Shown here piece after piece: positions 1 to 11,700 of a stretch of 64,000 nt of DNA (the first letter of the stretch is position 1; the number at the start of each line of letters is the position of its first letter). Under the pieces are notes generated by a model. The model was not told where the DNA came from, searched no databases, and saw nothing but the letters and a program-made list of their open reading frames with translations. A program made the position numbers and the translations under genes. The stretch is from a virus (lineage: Duplodnaviria; Caudoviricetes): the IMG/VR virus record IMGVR_UViG_3300026159_000398; one strand, 5' to 3'.

Positions 1-3000
1 AGTCATCAACCAAGTTGACTTTAAATATTTTGGCGCAGTTTGCTGCAGTGTAGACCTTGATAAAAAGATCAGTACCGGTTTTTGCCAAAGTCATATTGGC
101 GTTATTTAAGTTAGCTGCACCAAGTATAACAATATTTTCGAGTTTGTTATAAAATGGAGCGCCAGTTGCGGCAAGATCAGATTTATTTCTTCTGACGTAA
201 TCAACAGCATTAGGAGTAGAAGCGTCTTGTTGAAGCAATCCTATTGTTGCATCACCATCGATAACAACATCGTGCCATGCAGTATTGGCTCCAGAAGTTG
301 CTGTAGCGACATACAACGATGTGTCAACAGTTACAGTCGAACCATTGGCGTATTGTGTTGTGTTTCCTATTGTGCCGTTGCTGTTAATAGGAATTTTGTA
401 CAACAAGCTTGTTCCAGATGGAGAAGCTCCACTTGGCATTGCAGCTATTGTCATAAACAAGAAGAATCCATCAGATGCAATTCCATGATATGTTTTTCCT
501 GCGGCTGATGTTGGCAAGTACCAAATACCACCAAAGTGAACTGAACGACCATCAAGCGTCAATTTGATAATTGCACCAGCGGCTGCAGCTCCAAGATTGG
601 TGATTAACCAATAACACTGATTTACTGGGTCATAAGTAAAACCAGCCATAGCGTGTGCAGATGGAACGATGTCTGCTAATTGATATTTAGCAACAACTTC
701 TGCCATATAAGTTTGGTGACGTGGTCTCCAATATCCTTGTTTGTATGCGAGAAGACTTGCTTCAATACCTTCTTTCCAGTTCAGATTTGAGCTACCATCA
801 TCCATGATATCTCCAGGTTTTGCTAATCCATGAATTGAATTAGCACTGGTGTTTTCTATGGATGTGAATGTATCAAGAATGTAGTTGCTTGTTTGAGAAA
901 CACGACCACCAAGAAATGATACAGAAGTCATCAATTCCATTACTTGACGAGTCAGTTCATCTGATTGACTTGAAAGATCATCACAACGTTTTGTGAGCGA
1001 CTGATTAACGTCGTAAAGAGCGAAGAAAGATGTTTTCGTTGTAAGAACAACAAGACCCTCAGTTACACCCAAACCATTGTTATCTTTGAAAGTCAACATG
1101 ATTGGTTGAGCGATATCAGGTTTGTTTTTGGTAATTTTACCAGCAACTGTTGCACTCAAGTAGTAGATGGTATTCTTTACAAGATTGTTGCCATCTTCAT
1201 CAGTTATATTTGGAACGTAAATATCCGTTAATGTACCAATATTGTTGATGTAACCAATACTGATGATCTTGAATTCAGTGTCGCTAATGCGCTCGATAAC
1301 CATTGCATCTCCAACATAGTGGAAGTTATCAGCGACAGCTTTACACCAACCAAATTGTGGGTTGATATTTGTATCATAGCGAACGACATCACCTGGTTGG
1401 AAATTGTAGTCACCAATTCCAGAACCTGAAGTCAATTGGTATGGAGATATGTTGATGATAGCTGTTGTGCTACCACTCATTGTAGCGGTTGCTGGGTTGA
1501 CCAATTGCTCAATGAGCATTTGGAGATTCCAGATTTCACCATTCATTCTTTCATGGTGAACATCATCTGTCCATATAGCACCAGTAAGAATGCTATTGTA
1601 GTAATATGTTAGCCAAATATCTTCTGGTTGTTCAGCTAATGAAGTGTTGAATGAGATAATACCATTCAAAACGTCGACATAAGCATGACCACTTGTTGTT
1701 GGTTCCGCGTATGCAGCGCCTTCTAGATTGTGTGCTTCAAGAACGAAAGAGCCAAGATTTCTTCCAACACCGTAATACAAGTTACGAGCTTCAGAATAAA
1801 CAGTAATGTCGCCAAATTTATCTTCGATCTTGAATACTTGGTCTCCATTGATCATCAATGGATATAAACCAGCATTTGAAATTACCGTAGCTTTAATGTA
1901 CGAGTTAAGTGTTTGTCCTTCGTTACCAGTTGATGGCGTAGTATCAGCCGCCCATGTCGTATCCATTGTTACGATATTTGGACGAATGCCATATTCCATG
2001 TAAGGAATATTTCTATCTTTGATACTTACACGCGCGAAGTACCATTGATTAAGATTAAGACGAATCTTAAATGGAAAATCTACTTTTGCATATCCACCAA
2101 AAGTTGCTGGTGGGTCTGGCATGTGGTAGAACAATCTATGCGAAGCGTATGGCGTTGCAAGATAAAAATCATCAATGTCAATATTGCCACCATAATAACT
2201 TCCAGCAGTCAATCCCAATGTTGCAAGAGCGCCAGTTCCTTCGGCTATTGTGAAGCCGTATGTGGTTCCAGTGTGCAAGCATTTAAAAGCGATGGTATCT
2301 TCTTTATAACGTTCTGCAATAACTCCACTAGCTCCAGCAGCGGCCAACTGTGCAGTAATATGAGCAATAGCCAATGTTAGAGTAGGACAGTTGACATTCA
2401 GTGTTATAGTCAAAACACCGGTTGTAGTTCCATTATAATCTTGGTTAATTGTGAATGTCTGATTAACTGCTGCCCAGTTATGTCCATTTGTAAGTGTGAC
2501 AGTTCCTTTAGCTTTGGCATATGTAGGTGAAACGTCTTGACCGTCTACAGGAGTTTCAAGTGGAGCATTGATACCTTGACCAGCATCTGGGTCAAAGAGA
2601 TTTGTTCCAACGGTTCCAGCAGCCAAAAGAATACTTGATTTGCTACCAGCGATATTTGATGTACAACGAATATCTCCATCTACAATTTCAAAGAGACACA
2701 TAGTTGAAAGATCAACTGCTACGTGAGGACCAGCAGGAGCAACATAGCGATATACTTGGCCCAAATTACCATTCAAAACATCAAGCAAGTTGCCAAATGT
2801 GAATGGGCTTCCAAGACCTGTAATTGAGAAGAAATATTCTTCTGTGCTTCCTCCATCAACAGTCAATGTAAAATAAAATGGTTCAGGAGCGGCTGGGAGT
2901 AATCCAGTACTCAGACCAGAAACAATTCCAACCAATCCAAATTCTTGATAACCGTATGTAGCATCATGATATGGAAGAGAAGAAATACCAGTATGAGTTG

Positions 3001-4834
3001 AATATGGATATTGTTCTGCGTAATCAATTTGATTATCTGCAGTTTGTGCGTTCAAAAAGTCTGATGTGATATCAGTACCAACAAGAGCAATTGTTGATGC
3101 TTTAAAAATCAGAATCTTAGATGTCGTATCAGGAGTAATAGGAAGTGTTTGAATCTTAATGACATGACTATCATCACCAACTGCAACGTCAGTAATCATA
3201 GAAACTTCATACTGACCTTTTCCCGCTACGATGTAAATAAAATCTCCAGCCATTGGTGGGTCAAATGGAGATGGAGAAGTAAAGTCTTTGTTGTTTGCTG
3301 TGAGTTGTGTAAAATCAGTATAAACATCAAAGTCAAGAGTCAATGTAGTATAAAGTCCTGCTACGCTGACTGTTGTAATTGAGCATTGACCAAAGTTATT
3401 TGCATCAACAAAATATTGTGCAGTGTAGATATGAAGTTCAAGACCTTCTTCAGTACGTTTGTTACCATCAACTACGATTGTCAAAGAACGAAGTTCAATG
3501 TCTGTTGCGGCTGCGTAGTCATCAAGAATTTCTGTCATTCTAAACGGGAATGTCAGTAAATCTCCACGAGCAAGATCAGCACGGAATTGAACGTCAGGAG
3601 TTTGTGGGTCTATACGACCAGATGGGTCAAGGTGACAAATGGTTTCAAGATCATATTCAAAACGAGTGTAGTTATATTGTGCAGCACTTGTTCCAGTATA
3701 AAGATCGAGAGGAGTTCCATCTGGTTTTGTAAATTGGACCGTGTCATGCAGTGAAGAATAAAATCCGCCAAGGACTTTTTCAAATGCTTGAGTATGAATG
3801 AGGTGTGCGGTTTCTTTAAAACCGCCAAACTCAAATACTTGATCGTGTTCAACATACTTAAAAGTTCCAGCATCATTCTTAAATAACACTGACCACAATG
3901 GATATGTATCTTTTGTGGTTGTGATAGTTTTAGAGAGAAGAGTATGTCTTGCTGGAATAGAATCAGTTTCTTCTCCTTCAATGTATTCCAAGTAAGGAAC
4001 TAATTCAGGATTTGCAGTGTCTTTGAAAACAATACGAATAAGGTCGCGTCTGTACCAGTTTAATGTATGAACAATTGGAGCATCAAACACAGAAGTTTCT
4101 GCGAGTTCATACACACTGTAGACTGAATTGCTTTCGTGTAATTTTGCCGCTCCACCAGTAATTGTATTCTCTTTGAGATTGCCAGTGTATGTTCCAGCTG
4201 TTATTCCCAATGTAGCTAATGCGTTTGGTGAACCAGTAGCTAGAACAAATCCATTATAGTCAGGGGTGTTGATAACAGCAGGGTCAGTTTCAACGAGGCC
4301 ACGAATATAAATGCGATTGTATGCATCTACTCTTGCTTCAACATATTCATCAATGTCTTGAGCAATAAATTGTGTGTTGATTGCAGCGGCCACAGCTGCA
4401 GCATCTGCGCAATTTGTTGAAAGAGTTATAGTTTTGACTGCGCCTAAAGAACCATTACTACGAATTTGTATTGTGAAGTTTTGTGATACAGAACTCCAAT
4501 CATGACCACTTGTAAGAACTACAGTTCCATCGGCTTCTGATGAATATCTAAATGTGTAATCAAATTGGTAATTTGGAGATGGAAGAATACCTTCGCAAAT
4601 AACACGGTTGATACCATTGATTTCATTATTGATAGAGTTGTCGTTCTCTATCAAGTCAATCAACATATCCAAAATGCCTTGCGTAGTAATGTCTGCTGCG
4701 TAAGGAATGGCACGCAACAACTGTCCATCATCGGTTCCACTTCCAATTGCTGTGCTTAAAAGACCGCGAGCAAGCGGAACGTAGTATGTAGAATTACCTA
4801 CGATTTTGTAAATCTTATTTCGCAAAGTAGCCAT
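1..4834 (-). CDS. Very large (>1600 aa) tail-fibre/baseplate-attached structural protein, truncated by the left edge
   Basis: ATG at 4834 (MATLRNKIYKIVGNSTYYVPL) with SD GAAGG. Open in the stretches I translated, including the window edge (..KVYTAANCAKIFKVNLVDD); no stop-terminated ORF in this frame appears in the track. Thr/Gly/Asp-rich with an internally repeated module; follows baseplate genes. Confidence 0.7.
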   Translation of the reverse strand, partial: MATLRNKIYKIVGNSTYYVPLARGLLSTAIGSGTDDGQLLRAIPYAADITTQGILDMLIDLIENDNSINNEINGINRVICEGILPSPNYQFDYTFRYSSEADGTVVLTSGHDWSSVSQNFTIQIRSNGSLGAVKTITLSTNCADAAAVAAAINTQFIAQDIDEYVEARVDAYNRIYIRGLVETDPAVINTPDYNGFVLATGSPNALATLGITAGTYTGNLKENTITGGAAKLHESNSVYSVYELAETSVFDAPIVHTLNWYRRDLIRIVFKDTANPELVPYLEYIEGEETDSIPARHTLLSKTITTTKDTYPLWSVLFKNDAGTFKYVEHDQVFEFGGFKETAHLIHTQAFEKVLGGFYSSLHDTVQFTKPDGTPLDLYTGTSAAQYNYTRFEYDLETICHLDPSGRIDPQTPDVQFRADLARGDLLTFPFRMTEILDDYAAATDIELRSLTIVVDGNKRTEEGLELHIYTAQYFVDANNFGQCSITTVSVAGLYTTLTLDFDVYTDFTQLTANNKDFTSPSPFDPPMAGDFIYIVAGKGQYEVSMITDVAVGDDSHVIKIQTLPITPDTTSKILIFKASTIALVGTDITSDFLNAQTADNQIDYAEQYPYSTHTGISSLPYHDATYGYQEFGLVGIVSGLSTGLLPAAPEPFYFTLTVDGGSTEEYFFSITGLGSPFTFGNLLDVLNGNLGQVYRYVAPAGPHVAVDLSTMCLFEIVDGDIRCTSNIAGSKSSILLAAGTVGTNLFDPDAGQGINAPLETPVDGQDVSPTYAKAKGTVTLTNGHNWAAVNQTFTINQDYNGTTTGVLTITLNVNCPTLTLAIAHITAQLAAAGASGVIAERYKEDTIAFKCLHTGTTYGFTIAEGTGALATLGLTAGSYYGGNIDIDDFYLATPYASHRLFYHMPDPPATFGGYAKVDFPFKIRLNLNQWYFARVSIKDRNIPYMEYGIRPNIVTMDTTWAADTTPSTGNEGQTLNSYIKATVISNAGLYPLMINGDQVFKIEDKFGDITVYSEARNLYYGVGRNLGSFVLEAHNLEGAAYAEPTTSGHAYVDVLNGIISFNTSLAEQPEDIWLTYYYNSILTGAIWTDDVHHERMNGEIWNLQMLIEQLVNPATATMSGSTTAIINISPYQLTSGSGIGDYNFQPGDVVRYDTNINPQFGWCKAVADNFHYVGDAMVIERISDTEFKIISIGYINNIGTLTDIYVPNITDEDGNNLVKNTIYYLSATVAGKITKNKPDIAQPIMLTFKDNNGLGVTEGLVVLTTKTSFFALYDVNQSLTKRCDDLSSQSDELTRQVMELMTSVSFLGGRVSQTSNYILDTFTSIENTSANSIHGLAKPGDIMDDGSSNLNWKEGIEASLLAYKQGYWRPRHQTYMAEVVAKYQLADIVPSAHAMAGFTYDPVNQCYWLITNLGAAAAGAIIKLTLDGRSVHFGGIWYLPTSAAGKTYHGIASDGFFLFMTIAAMPSGASPSGTSLLYKIPINSNGTIGNTTQYANGSTVTVDTSLYVATATSGANTAWHDVVIDGDATIGLLQQDASTPNAVDYVRRNKSDLAATGAPFYNKLENIVILGAANLNNANMTLAKTGTDLFIKVYTAANCAKIFKVNLVDD

Positions 4835-4853
4835 TATTATTTACCTTCTATTT

Positions 4854-6128
4854 TTATCCGATTGGAGCAAGAACGGTCCAAGAAATAAAGAATGCTGTCA
4901 ATGGGTTTTTATCGAAGTTATATGCAGCATCCAAGAATAATGCAGAAAACATATCATCTCTTCCATTAAACAAGAATGCTTCACGATATTTGACATATTG
5001 AGTAGCAAGAGTTGTAACACCGTTGCCATATTGACCAGCCATATTTACAGAGAATGTTGCACTGTAATCATCAACAAAGTCAACATCACCATCGCGATAT
5101 TCAACATCAGAAAGAACTGGATAATAATCTCCAGCTGTCATGTTGTTATAACGAGTAGAGAGTGTTGTTCCTTGACCGACGTTAAAACCATCGCGAGGAA
5201 CCACTGAGTTAATGACATTATAAGTTCCACGATCGTATGAGATAACGATTCTTGTATAACGTGAACCATAACCAGCAACTTCTTCAAGTTGGAATTTCCA
5301 TGTGTTGTCATTGTAGTCATAGAAAAGAAATGTCTTTGAAGAATCTCCAGCTGTAATTAAGTTAGCGCAGTTTGGAACAGCATTGTAAGTATCAGTACGA
5401 GCAGCTGGTGCCATGACTTCATTAGAAGCAACTGTAGCTTCAGTAACAACAATATGAGGATTGATAGCACCTCTTGTATAAGAGTGAACATCAGTCAGTG
5501 TTGTTGGGTCGTAGAAGTAAATTGTTTCAAGAAGCGTAAGTCCATTGAAAAGTTCGACTTTTAATGTATTATGCGAAGGAGGATTATCTTGAAGAAGTCC
5601 ACCGCCGGTTGTTGCATTTCTTATTGGGAAAATCTTGATGTTGGATGTGCTTCCAACAACATAGTTACCAGCAATATTCTGAATTTCGTATGCTACAGAA
5701 GCGACTGCTTCTCCAGAAATAGTGTCATTCACACTACCACCTGCATAGCGAGTTCCTGGAGTTCCAGTTACTGGTGTACATGCGCGAACTGAAGGCTCTG
5801 TCAAACTGTAATAAAGAAGCTTGCTTGGAGTTCCAGAAGAAAGATTGTTGCTGAATCGCATGCGAGAAATTTTGAGGTCGGCTGGAGCAATTTGTCCTAT
5901 ATGAGGAGACTGTCCTTGGGAAATGAGGCGAATCAAATTGCTTTTTGATTGATTGACCAATGTGTTGCATTTACCAAGAGATTGGCCTCTGACGCCTGTG
6001 CGAATGTCATAAGGAATTATCTCTGCGTATCCGCGCAGTGGTCCCATATCATCAACAAGTTTGGATGGATTTTCACCTTTACGAAAAGCTTTATTCCATG
6101 CTTTGCTTAATATTCTCATCTTTTTCAT
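4854..6128 (-). CDS. Baseplate/tail-fibre attachment structural protein
   Basis: 424 aa; C-terminus (YREAFLFNG..MFS..KNP..FFISWTV) resembles tail-collar/baseplate proteins; lies between wedge and fibre genes. Confidence 0.5.
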   Translation of the reverse strand: MKKMRILSKAWNKAFRKGENPSKLVDDMGPLRGYAEIIPYDIRTGVRGQSLGKCNTLVNQSKSNLIRLISQGQSPHIGQIAPADLKISRMRFSNNLSSGTPSKLLYYSLTEPSVRACTPVTGTPGTRYAGGSVNDTISGEAVASVAYEIQNIAGNYVVGSTSNIKIFPIRNATTGGGLLQDNPPSHNTLKVELFNGLTLLETIYFYDPTTLTDVHSYTRGAINPHIVVTEATVASNEVMAPAARTDTYNAVPNCANLITAGDSSKTFLFYDYNDNTWKFQLEEVAGYGSRYTRIVISYDRGTYNVINSVVPRDGFNVGQGTTLSTRYNNMTAGDYYPVLSDVEYRDGDVDFVDDYSATFSVNMAGQYGNGVTTLATQYVKYREAFLFNGRDDMFSALFLDAAYNFDKNPLTAFFISWTVLAPIG

Positions 6129-6242
6129 GTGTCACCTTGTATTGTTTAATTGAAAAGGAAGAATCATTCAATTTACTTAAATTATCTTTAAAAGTAAAGT
6201 CATCCTTTTCTAAATTTTTCTTAAATAATAATGATAATAAAT

Positions 6243-6815
6243 TCATTGTTGCAACTCCGGTAATTCTTGTTCGGTAATAACCATGAATTTACCACCGTAT
6301 AAGTTTTTTGCGGCATTCAATTTAGCTTGAGTTTTCAAATCTTTTAATTGCCATGATGCTTTTAGTTCTACAATACTATTTTCTCTTGGCAAATAAAAAT
6401 CAGGATAATAGTAATGCTCGTTATCTTCAAAAACATATTTTACTCTAAATTGTTTATTGTCTGCTCTGTCATAAGGAATTTTATATTCATCAAGAAACTT
6501 CATGAAATTAAGTTCGTAAGAAGATTGGTAATGAATTCCATTGTGGATACCATTTTTACTTTTGAGTCGTTTGTTATTTGGTTGCCAAGACTCACATAAT
6601 TTTTGCTGGTGTTCTTTAGAACGTTTCTTACCTTTAAGACTATTACTTAATTTTTGTTTATGTTCTTCTGAAAGTGGTTTATGATTTTTACCCAAACAAG
6701 CTTTACTTAAGTTTTGTTTATGTTCTTCAGAAAATGGCAAACGTTTTTTTCCTAAAAATGCTTTACGTATTTTTTGTTTAGTTTTTTCTGATTGTTTGTA
6801 ACCTTTTGGTGGCAC
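6243..6815 (-). CDS. Free-standing homing endonuclease: N-terminal NUMOD3-like repeats plus PD-(D/E)XK (TnsA-like) nuclease
   Basis: Repeats SEEHKQNLS/SEEHKQKLS; nuclease motif YQSSYE...YYPDFYLP...VELK; GTG start. Confidence 0.75.
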   Translation of the reverse strand: MPPKGYKQSEKTKQKIRKAFLGKKRLPFSEEHKQNLSKACLGKNHKPLSEEHKQKLSNSLKGKKRSKEHQQKLCESWQPNNKRLKSKNGIHNGIHYQSSYELNFMKFLDEYKIPYDRADNKQFRVKYVFEDNEHYYYPDFYLPRENSIVELKASWQLKDLKTQAKLNAAKNLYGGKFMVITEQELPELQQ

Positions 6816-6832
6816 GTTAATTACCTATACAG

Positions 6833-6842
6833 AATTATATTA
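6833..6842 (-). promoter_or_regulatory. Candidate promoter motif TAATATAATT
   Basis: Same motif recurs upstream of several genes; here just upstream of the SD of the 6243-6815 gene. Confidence 0.45.
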
Positions 6843-8786
6843 CATAGTTAAGTAAATATTCACAATGCGCTGTGCCATGGCAGCGGTGATTGAATATGTG
6901 GTCGCAAGATATGCAAGTGTGTCTGCAATAGTATGAGTTTGCAGATAGCTGGAATACAAATCACCAACATTTTCTATATTAAGTACTTGTAAATCATTTT
7001 CATTAAATATAACACCTCTGTCATAACGTATTCCAATAGAATCTGCTTCAGCATCATCATATTCATAAATGGTGTCATATTTCAATGGTTGTTCAAGAAA
7101 ATCTTGAAGTTCTACAAATCCACCAAATACAACAGCATCTGTCATTGGACGAAGGTGTTCAATCAATAATCCACGGTTGTCGCCAAAATTTGTAGCACTT
7201 AATGAAGTTCCATGCCATGGTCCTTCATAATCATGATCCAAATTAGTAGGGTCTCCAACTGGCATTACCCAATATGGAATTCCTGGATTTACTGGTGTAA
7301 CAGACAAGGGAGTCATTGTAGTAAAAACATCGGCTTCATTGAGGTAGAATCCACATAATGCAATATAATTTGCTACATAGAAACTGGTAATTTCATCTCT
7401 CAAAATATATTCAGGAGCTTCTCCAACTGTTGTTGTCAAAAATTCTCCAGGATATGTGGTACCATCAATCTCTGTTGAAATAAGACTGATTTTAAACATT
7501 GTCTGAAGATATTCAATATGATTTGGTTTTAGCCATTCAAGATATTGAAGCATCAATACACGTTCGTAATCGGCGTGTTCAGATGATGGGTGACTCAATA
7601 AGTCTGCTTTTAATGAAATAATTGGGCGAACATAAACAGATTTTTGGCAGTAATTGTATTTATTGCCAGGACTAACATCTTTTCTTGGGTCAATATGAGG
7701 AACTTGAATATTGTCAACTGGAGTTCCGTCTGTCGTATAAGCAAAGAACGTAGAATTTTCCAAGTCGTCTGGATTTATTTCAATCAAATTACCATCAGCG
7801 TCAAACCAGTGTTCGAGCATTTCAATGTCATATCCCATGGCTCCAAAAAATAATTCATACGCCAATTTGGTTCCACGAGCTTTGATGAGGTCCATCAAGT
7901 TGACAAGCAACTCGCGATACATTTTATTGTACGCATATTCCCACTTGGTGCCATCATACATTGCTTTCTTTTCAAATCCGAATGATCGACCGACAATATT
8001 TAAAAATTTATCTTTGATTTGAGAATGATCATTGATGCCTTGAATGTCTGCTTGATATGCATAGAGAATATCAAACAACTCGAACATCGTTTTCAGCAAT
8101 ATTTGGAAGCGAGTATTCTTTTGATAAATATTATAGTCGAATGTTGTGAGACCCGCGAGAGCAAAATTGTCTCTTAAGAATCCTTCGTAAATCAAAATTT
8201 CTTGTTTGACAACAAGATCTGAATAATAAGCTCCTATTTGGCATGTGCCAATGGCAAGCATATATAACTTGTAGACATTTGATTCTACTCTTGCAAACGC
8301 ATTGCGGTCAAAAACATTCACATGTAAATTGACATTTGATGCGGCCAAATATGTGAAACTATCTTCGCTGAAATATAATGCTACTTTAAAATCATACGAC
8401 GTATTGGCTATATCCAAAAAACTGGGTTGTCTTACGTCGTTTTTGAAATAATGTATTTGAAGTTTTGGATATTCGGCTTCTTGAAAAATTAAAAATTGTT
8501 CGTTGACTTCCAGATGTGTTCCATCTGCGGTTATAAATACTGCATCAACAGTAAATGTTCCAACACCTAATGGGTATAACCAACGTTTAGATGCAGCCAC
8601 TGTGTAAGTAGCAATAGAACCATGATTGCTGATTGTAAGATTAGGGTCAGTAACTGGAATTTCAGTTTCAGTCGAAGGATTGGTGCACAAAAATACCTTG
8701 AACTCGTAAGGAGAGTTCTTGATATTAAGAAAGCTTAATTGTGCTACTTCATTGTAGTAAGTTACAATCTTGAGTTTAGGGTACAT
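6840..8786 (-). CDS. Baseplate wedge protein (gp7/P2 gpI-like)
   Basis: Motif KFLNIVGRSFGF...YRELLVNLMDLIKARGTKLAYELFF...LKPNHI typical of the gpI/gp7 core; adjacent to the gp6-like gene. Confidence 0.6.
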   Translation of the reverse strand: MYPKLKIVTYYNEVAQLSFLNIKNSPYEFKVFLCTNPSTETEIPVTDPNLTISNHGSIATYTVAASKRWLYPLGVGTFTVDAVFITADGTHLEVNEQFLIFQEAEYPKLQIHYFKNDVRQPSFLDIANTSYDFKVALYFSEDSFTYLAASNVNLHVNVFDRNAFARVESNVYKLYMLAIGTCQIGAYYSDLVVKQEILIYEGFLRDNFALAGLTTFDYNIYQKNTRFQILLKTMFELFDILYAYQADIQGINDHSQIKDKFLNIVGRSFGFEKKAMYDGTKWEYAYNKMYRELLVNLMDLIKARGTKLAYELFFGAMGYDIEMLEHWFDADGNLIEINPDDLENSTFFAYTTDGTPVDNIQVPHIDPRKDVSPGNKYNYCQKSVYVRPIISLKADLLSHPSSEHADYERVLMLQYLEWLKPNHIEYLQTMFKISLISTEIDGTTYPGEFLTTTVGEAPEYILRDEITSFYVANYIALCGFYLNEADVFTTMTPLSVTPVNPGIPYWVMPVGDPTNLDHDYEGPWHGTSLSATNFGDNRGLLIEHLRPMTDAVVFGGFVELQDFLEQPLKYDTIYEYDDAEADSIGIRYDRGVIFNENDLQVLNIENVGDLYSSYLQTHTIADTLAYLATTYSITAAMAQRIVNIYLTM

Positions 8787-8787
8787 A

Positions 8788-11700
8788 TTATGCCTTCAAT
8801 TCTTCAGAAACTGCGCTAACCAAAATTTTATATTTATCAGAAAGTCCAGACAATTGTGTCTTACTGTTTTCCAATAGTCTCAATTGTTCATAAAGCTCTT
8901 CACTTACGAATTTGTATTTATATTGAGTTACTGTTGTAAATGGAGAATCTGTATCTTCATTATTGTTGATAGTAATATCAATTATGCCGTATGTTGAAGC
9001 AATTTTTGCAATTGAATTTTTGATGATTTGTTTTGTCATCAGTGAACCAATTGTGTGCTCATGATTTTGATTTGCATAATCGAAGTCAAGGTTAAGTTGC
9101 TGTTTTGCTGCATCAACCGCTTCAGCTACACCATAACCACGTTTTACTGTGAGTGAAACTAAAATTGGTCGTGGTTCAAAAGTAACTTTCTTAATGATAT
9201 TCTCAAGACCAATAAGACGTTTGCTTGTGTTGTTTAAAACTGCAATAAGACTTGCAGCTTCACCTTCTGGATAATATGGGTTTGGTTCATAATCAATTGC
9301 TACAGTTTCGTACGTCTTTTTGTGATAATGAATTTTGAGGTATGCAAATGTTGCATATCCTTTGACATAGTATGTTATTCCAGAATTTAGAACTCCATCA
9401 ATGAACTTAAATACGATAGCACGATTTGCGCGCTCATATCTATTACCTGGATTTCCTCCATTGGTATAAGTCATATCAACAACGCTTTCAACTGTTTCAG
9501 GTGTTTCAAAAGTATTGTTAATGAGACTATCTTCGATATTGAGAATCTTGGCACTTTCTACAACACTTAATAATCCTAAAGCGTCTCTGTGAATGAATTT
9601 TACCACAATACTATCTCCAATAGAAATGGTATTGTTTTGGTCTGAAGTCATAGTCAGAGTCACAACTGCTCCAGTGCTTGAAGTAATGTCGTATGTGTAA
9701 TTACCACTTGATTCAAGAAATTCTATTGGAGTAAATTCAGTATCTTCTTCATAAACACCAGGAGATGTTTCAATCAATCTAACAATATCAACACGATAAA
9801 TTGTTGGATATGCGGAATCATACACTGGAGTAGTCACGTTGTTCAAAAAGTTGATAGTAATTTTGGCTGCATCATAATCAAATTTACTTACAGTGGTGTC
9901 ATTGAAAATAATTGGAGTTACATTATCAATTGTACCATTGGTGTCTTGTAATGAAGAAATATTTGCGAATGTAAGCGTCTCAAGTAGATTATCGCCCGAG
10001 TCATACGCTTCAACGGTCATACTTTCGGCTTCAAAGAGACGATACAAATACCCATCTTCATCGGTCAAAATAATATTGATAGATGGTCCAGTAACAGAAG
10101 CGTGATTGACGACAATACCCAATGAATCATGTAATCTCGTTTCAGTTACTTCATAATCTTGTTTGAAATTCAATGTCAAAATATTATCATTGTATTTGTA
10201 TGTGTTGCCAAGATCAAATACCAAACCAGTTTCATTTGTTGGGCGATAATTTTTCTTCTCAAAGCCAAGAAATAAATAAATATTATATTGCGGATCTGAT
10301 ACCGTATCAAGAGTTCCATTATCGCGAATAGTGATTTTTGAACTTGAACCAGTTAATGGCGAATTGATTGTGATTGTTCCAAGTGCGCCATTATTTATAT
10401 TGGCTGTGTAAGTGACAAACTGGTAATTAACATAAGAACCAAATATTGTTCCAGCGTTTGCAGCAATGTCAGCTACGATTGCGGCTTGAAGTTCTTCTGC
10501 ATATTCTTTGTAAGTCTTGATTCCTGTTGTCATGATGATTGTGAAAATATAAGGAAAGACATCATAATCAATTGAGAATACCAGCTTATCGTTTCTTCCA
10601 TAAGCATTATTCACAACTAGAATAGTACTGAATTCATTTGAGGTTACTGTTGCATGTTCAGTAAGCGCTGAACTTGATGAGTAACCCTGATTTTTTTGGT
10701 CAGTAACGTAATTTGAATTAAACACAACCGAGTCAACAATGCGGCCATTGATGTCGTATGCATAGGCTCTTAAAGAACCAGACAGAGGATATTTATTTTC
10801 TGGAATGTACGAAACGTATGTCATTCCATTGATGTCAGGATAAACAAAGTCTGTTACTTCCTCACCTTCTACGACTTCACCATGCGCACCAACAACATTA
10901 CAGAAAGTCTGCAGTGCTGCTAAAAATTTTACGTTGTATGTATCAGCTGTATCAGAAGTCTCGACATCTGGAAATTCAAAATTAGCAAAATTTCTGATTG
11001 GTACTATACGATGGAATGCATGAAGTATAGGAACATTTTCAAATGTTGGGTCGTCTGTATAAAGAGGTGACAGAAGTTCATGTTTAATAACACGAGAATA
11101 CAAAGCTGTTTGAGCATCTGTAGCATCAATAATTGTTTTATCGCGTCCAAAACGGTATGGTGCAAAAATTTGTGCTCTAAAGAGATCTTCACGATCTGCG
11201 CCACCAGTAGCATCATTGGCGTTTGTCAATGTGGCAGTAAGAATACGCCCGCCGCTGATGTTAATTGCAAGTTTGTAGTTAATCATTCCAGAATTAACAT
11301 TGGTTCTTTCACCACCACCAGATCTTCCAAAGACGCGAATGTATTTTCCAATGTGTTCATCTTCAAAAGCACCACCAAAAGATTCGTTACCAAACAGAAT
11401 CTTTGCAGAGCCATCATAATTGTATTTTACCGTCCAGTGAGGAGCGCCACTTGATGTTGATTCTGGGAAATAAGGTTCAATATAAACTGGTTCAACAACA
11501 AAGCTGTCAGTGTATGGCAATTCTACTCTTGCACCAGCAGCAGTAATAAAGAAAACACGAATTGAATTATCAATGATGTCAGTATCGGCAATATTGATCA
11601 CGAAGTTTTCTTTCATCTCTGCAGTAATTTCATATTCATACGCAAATGTAGTTCCAGCATATGCCATTACCACAAAGTAATCTCTGAATTCTACAGTAGG

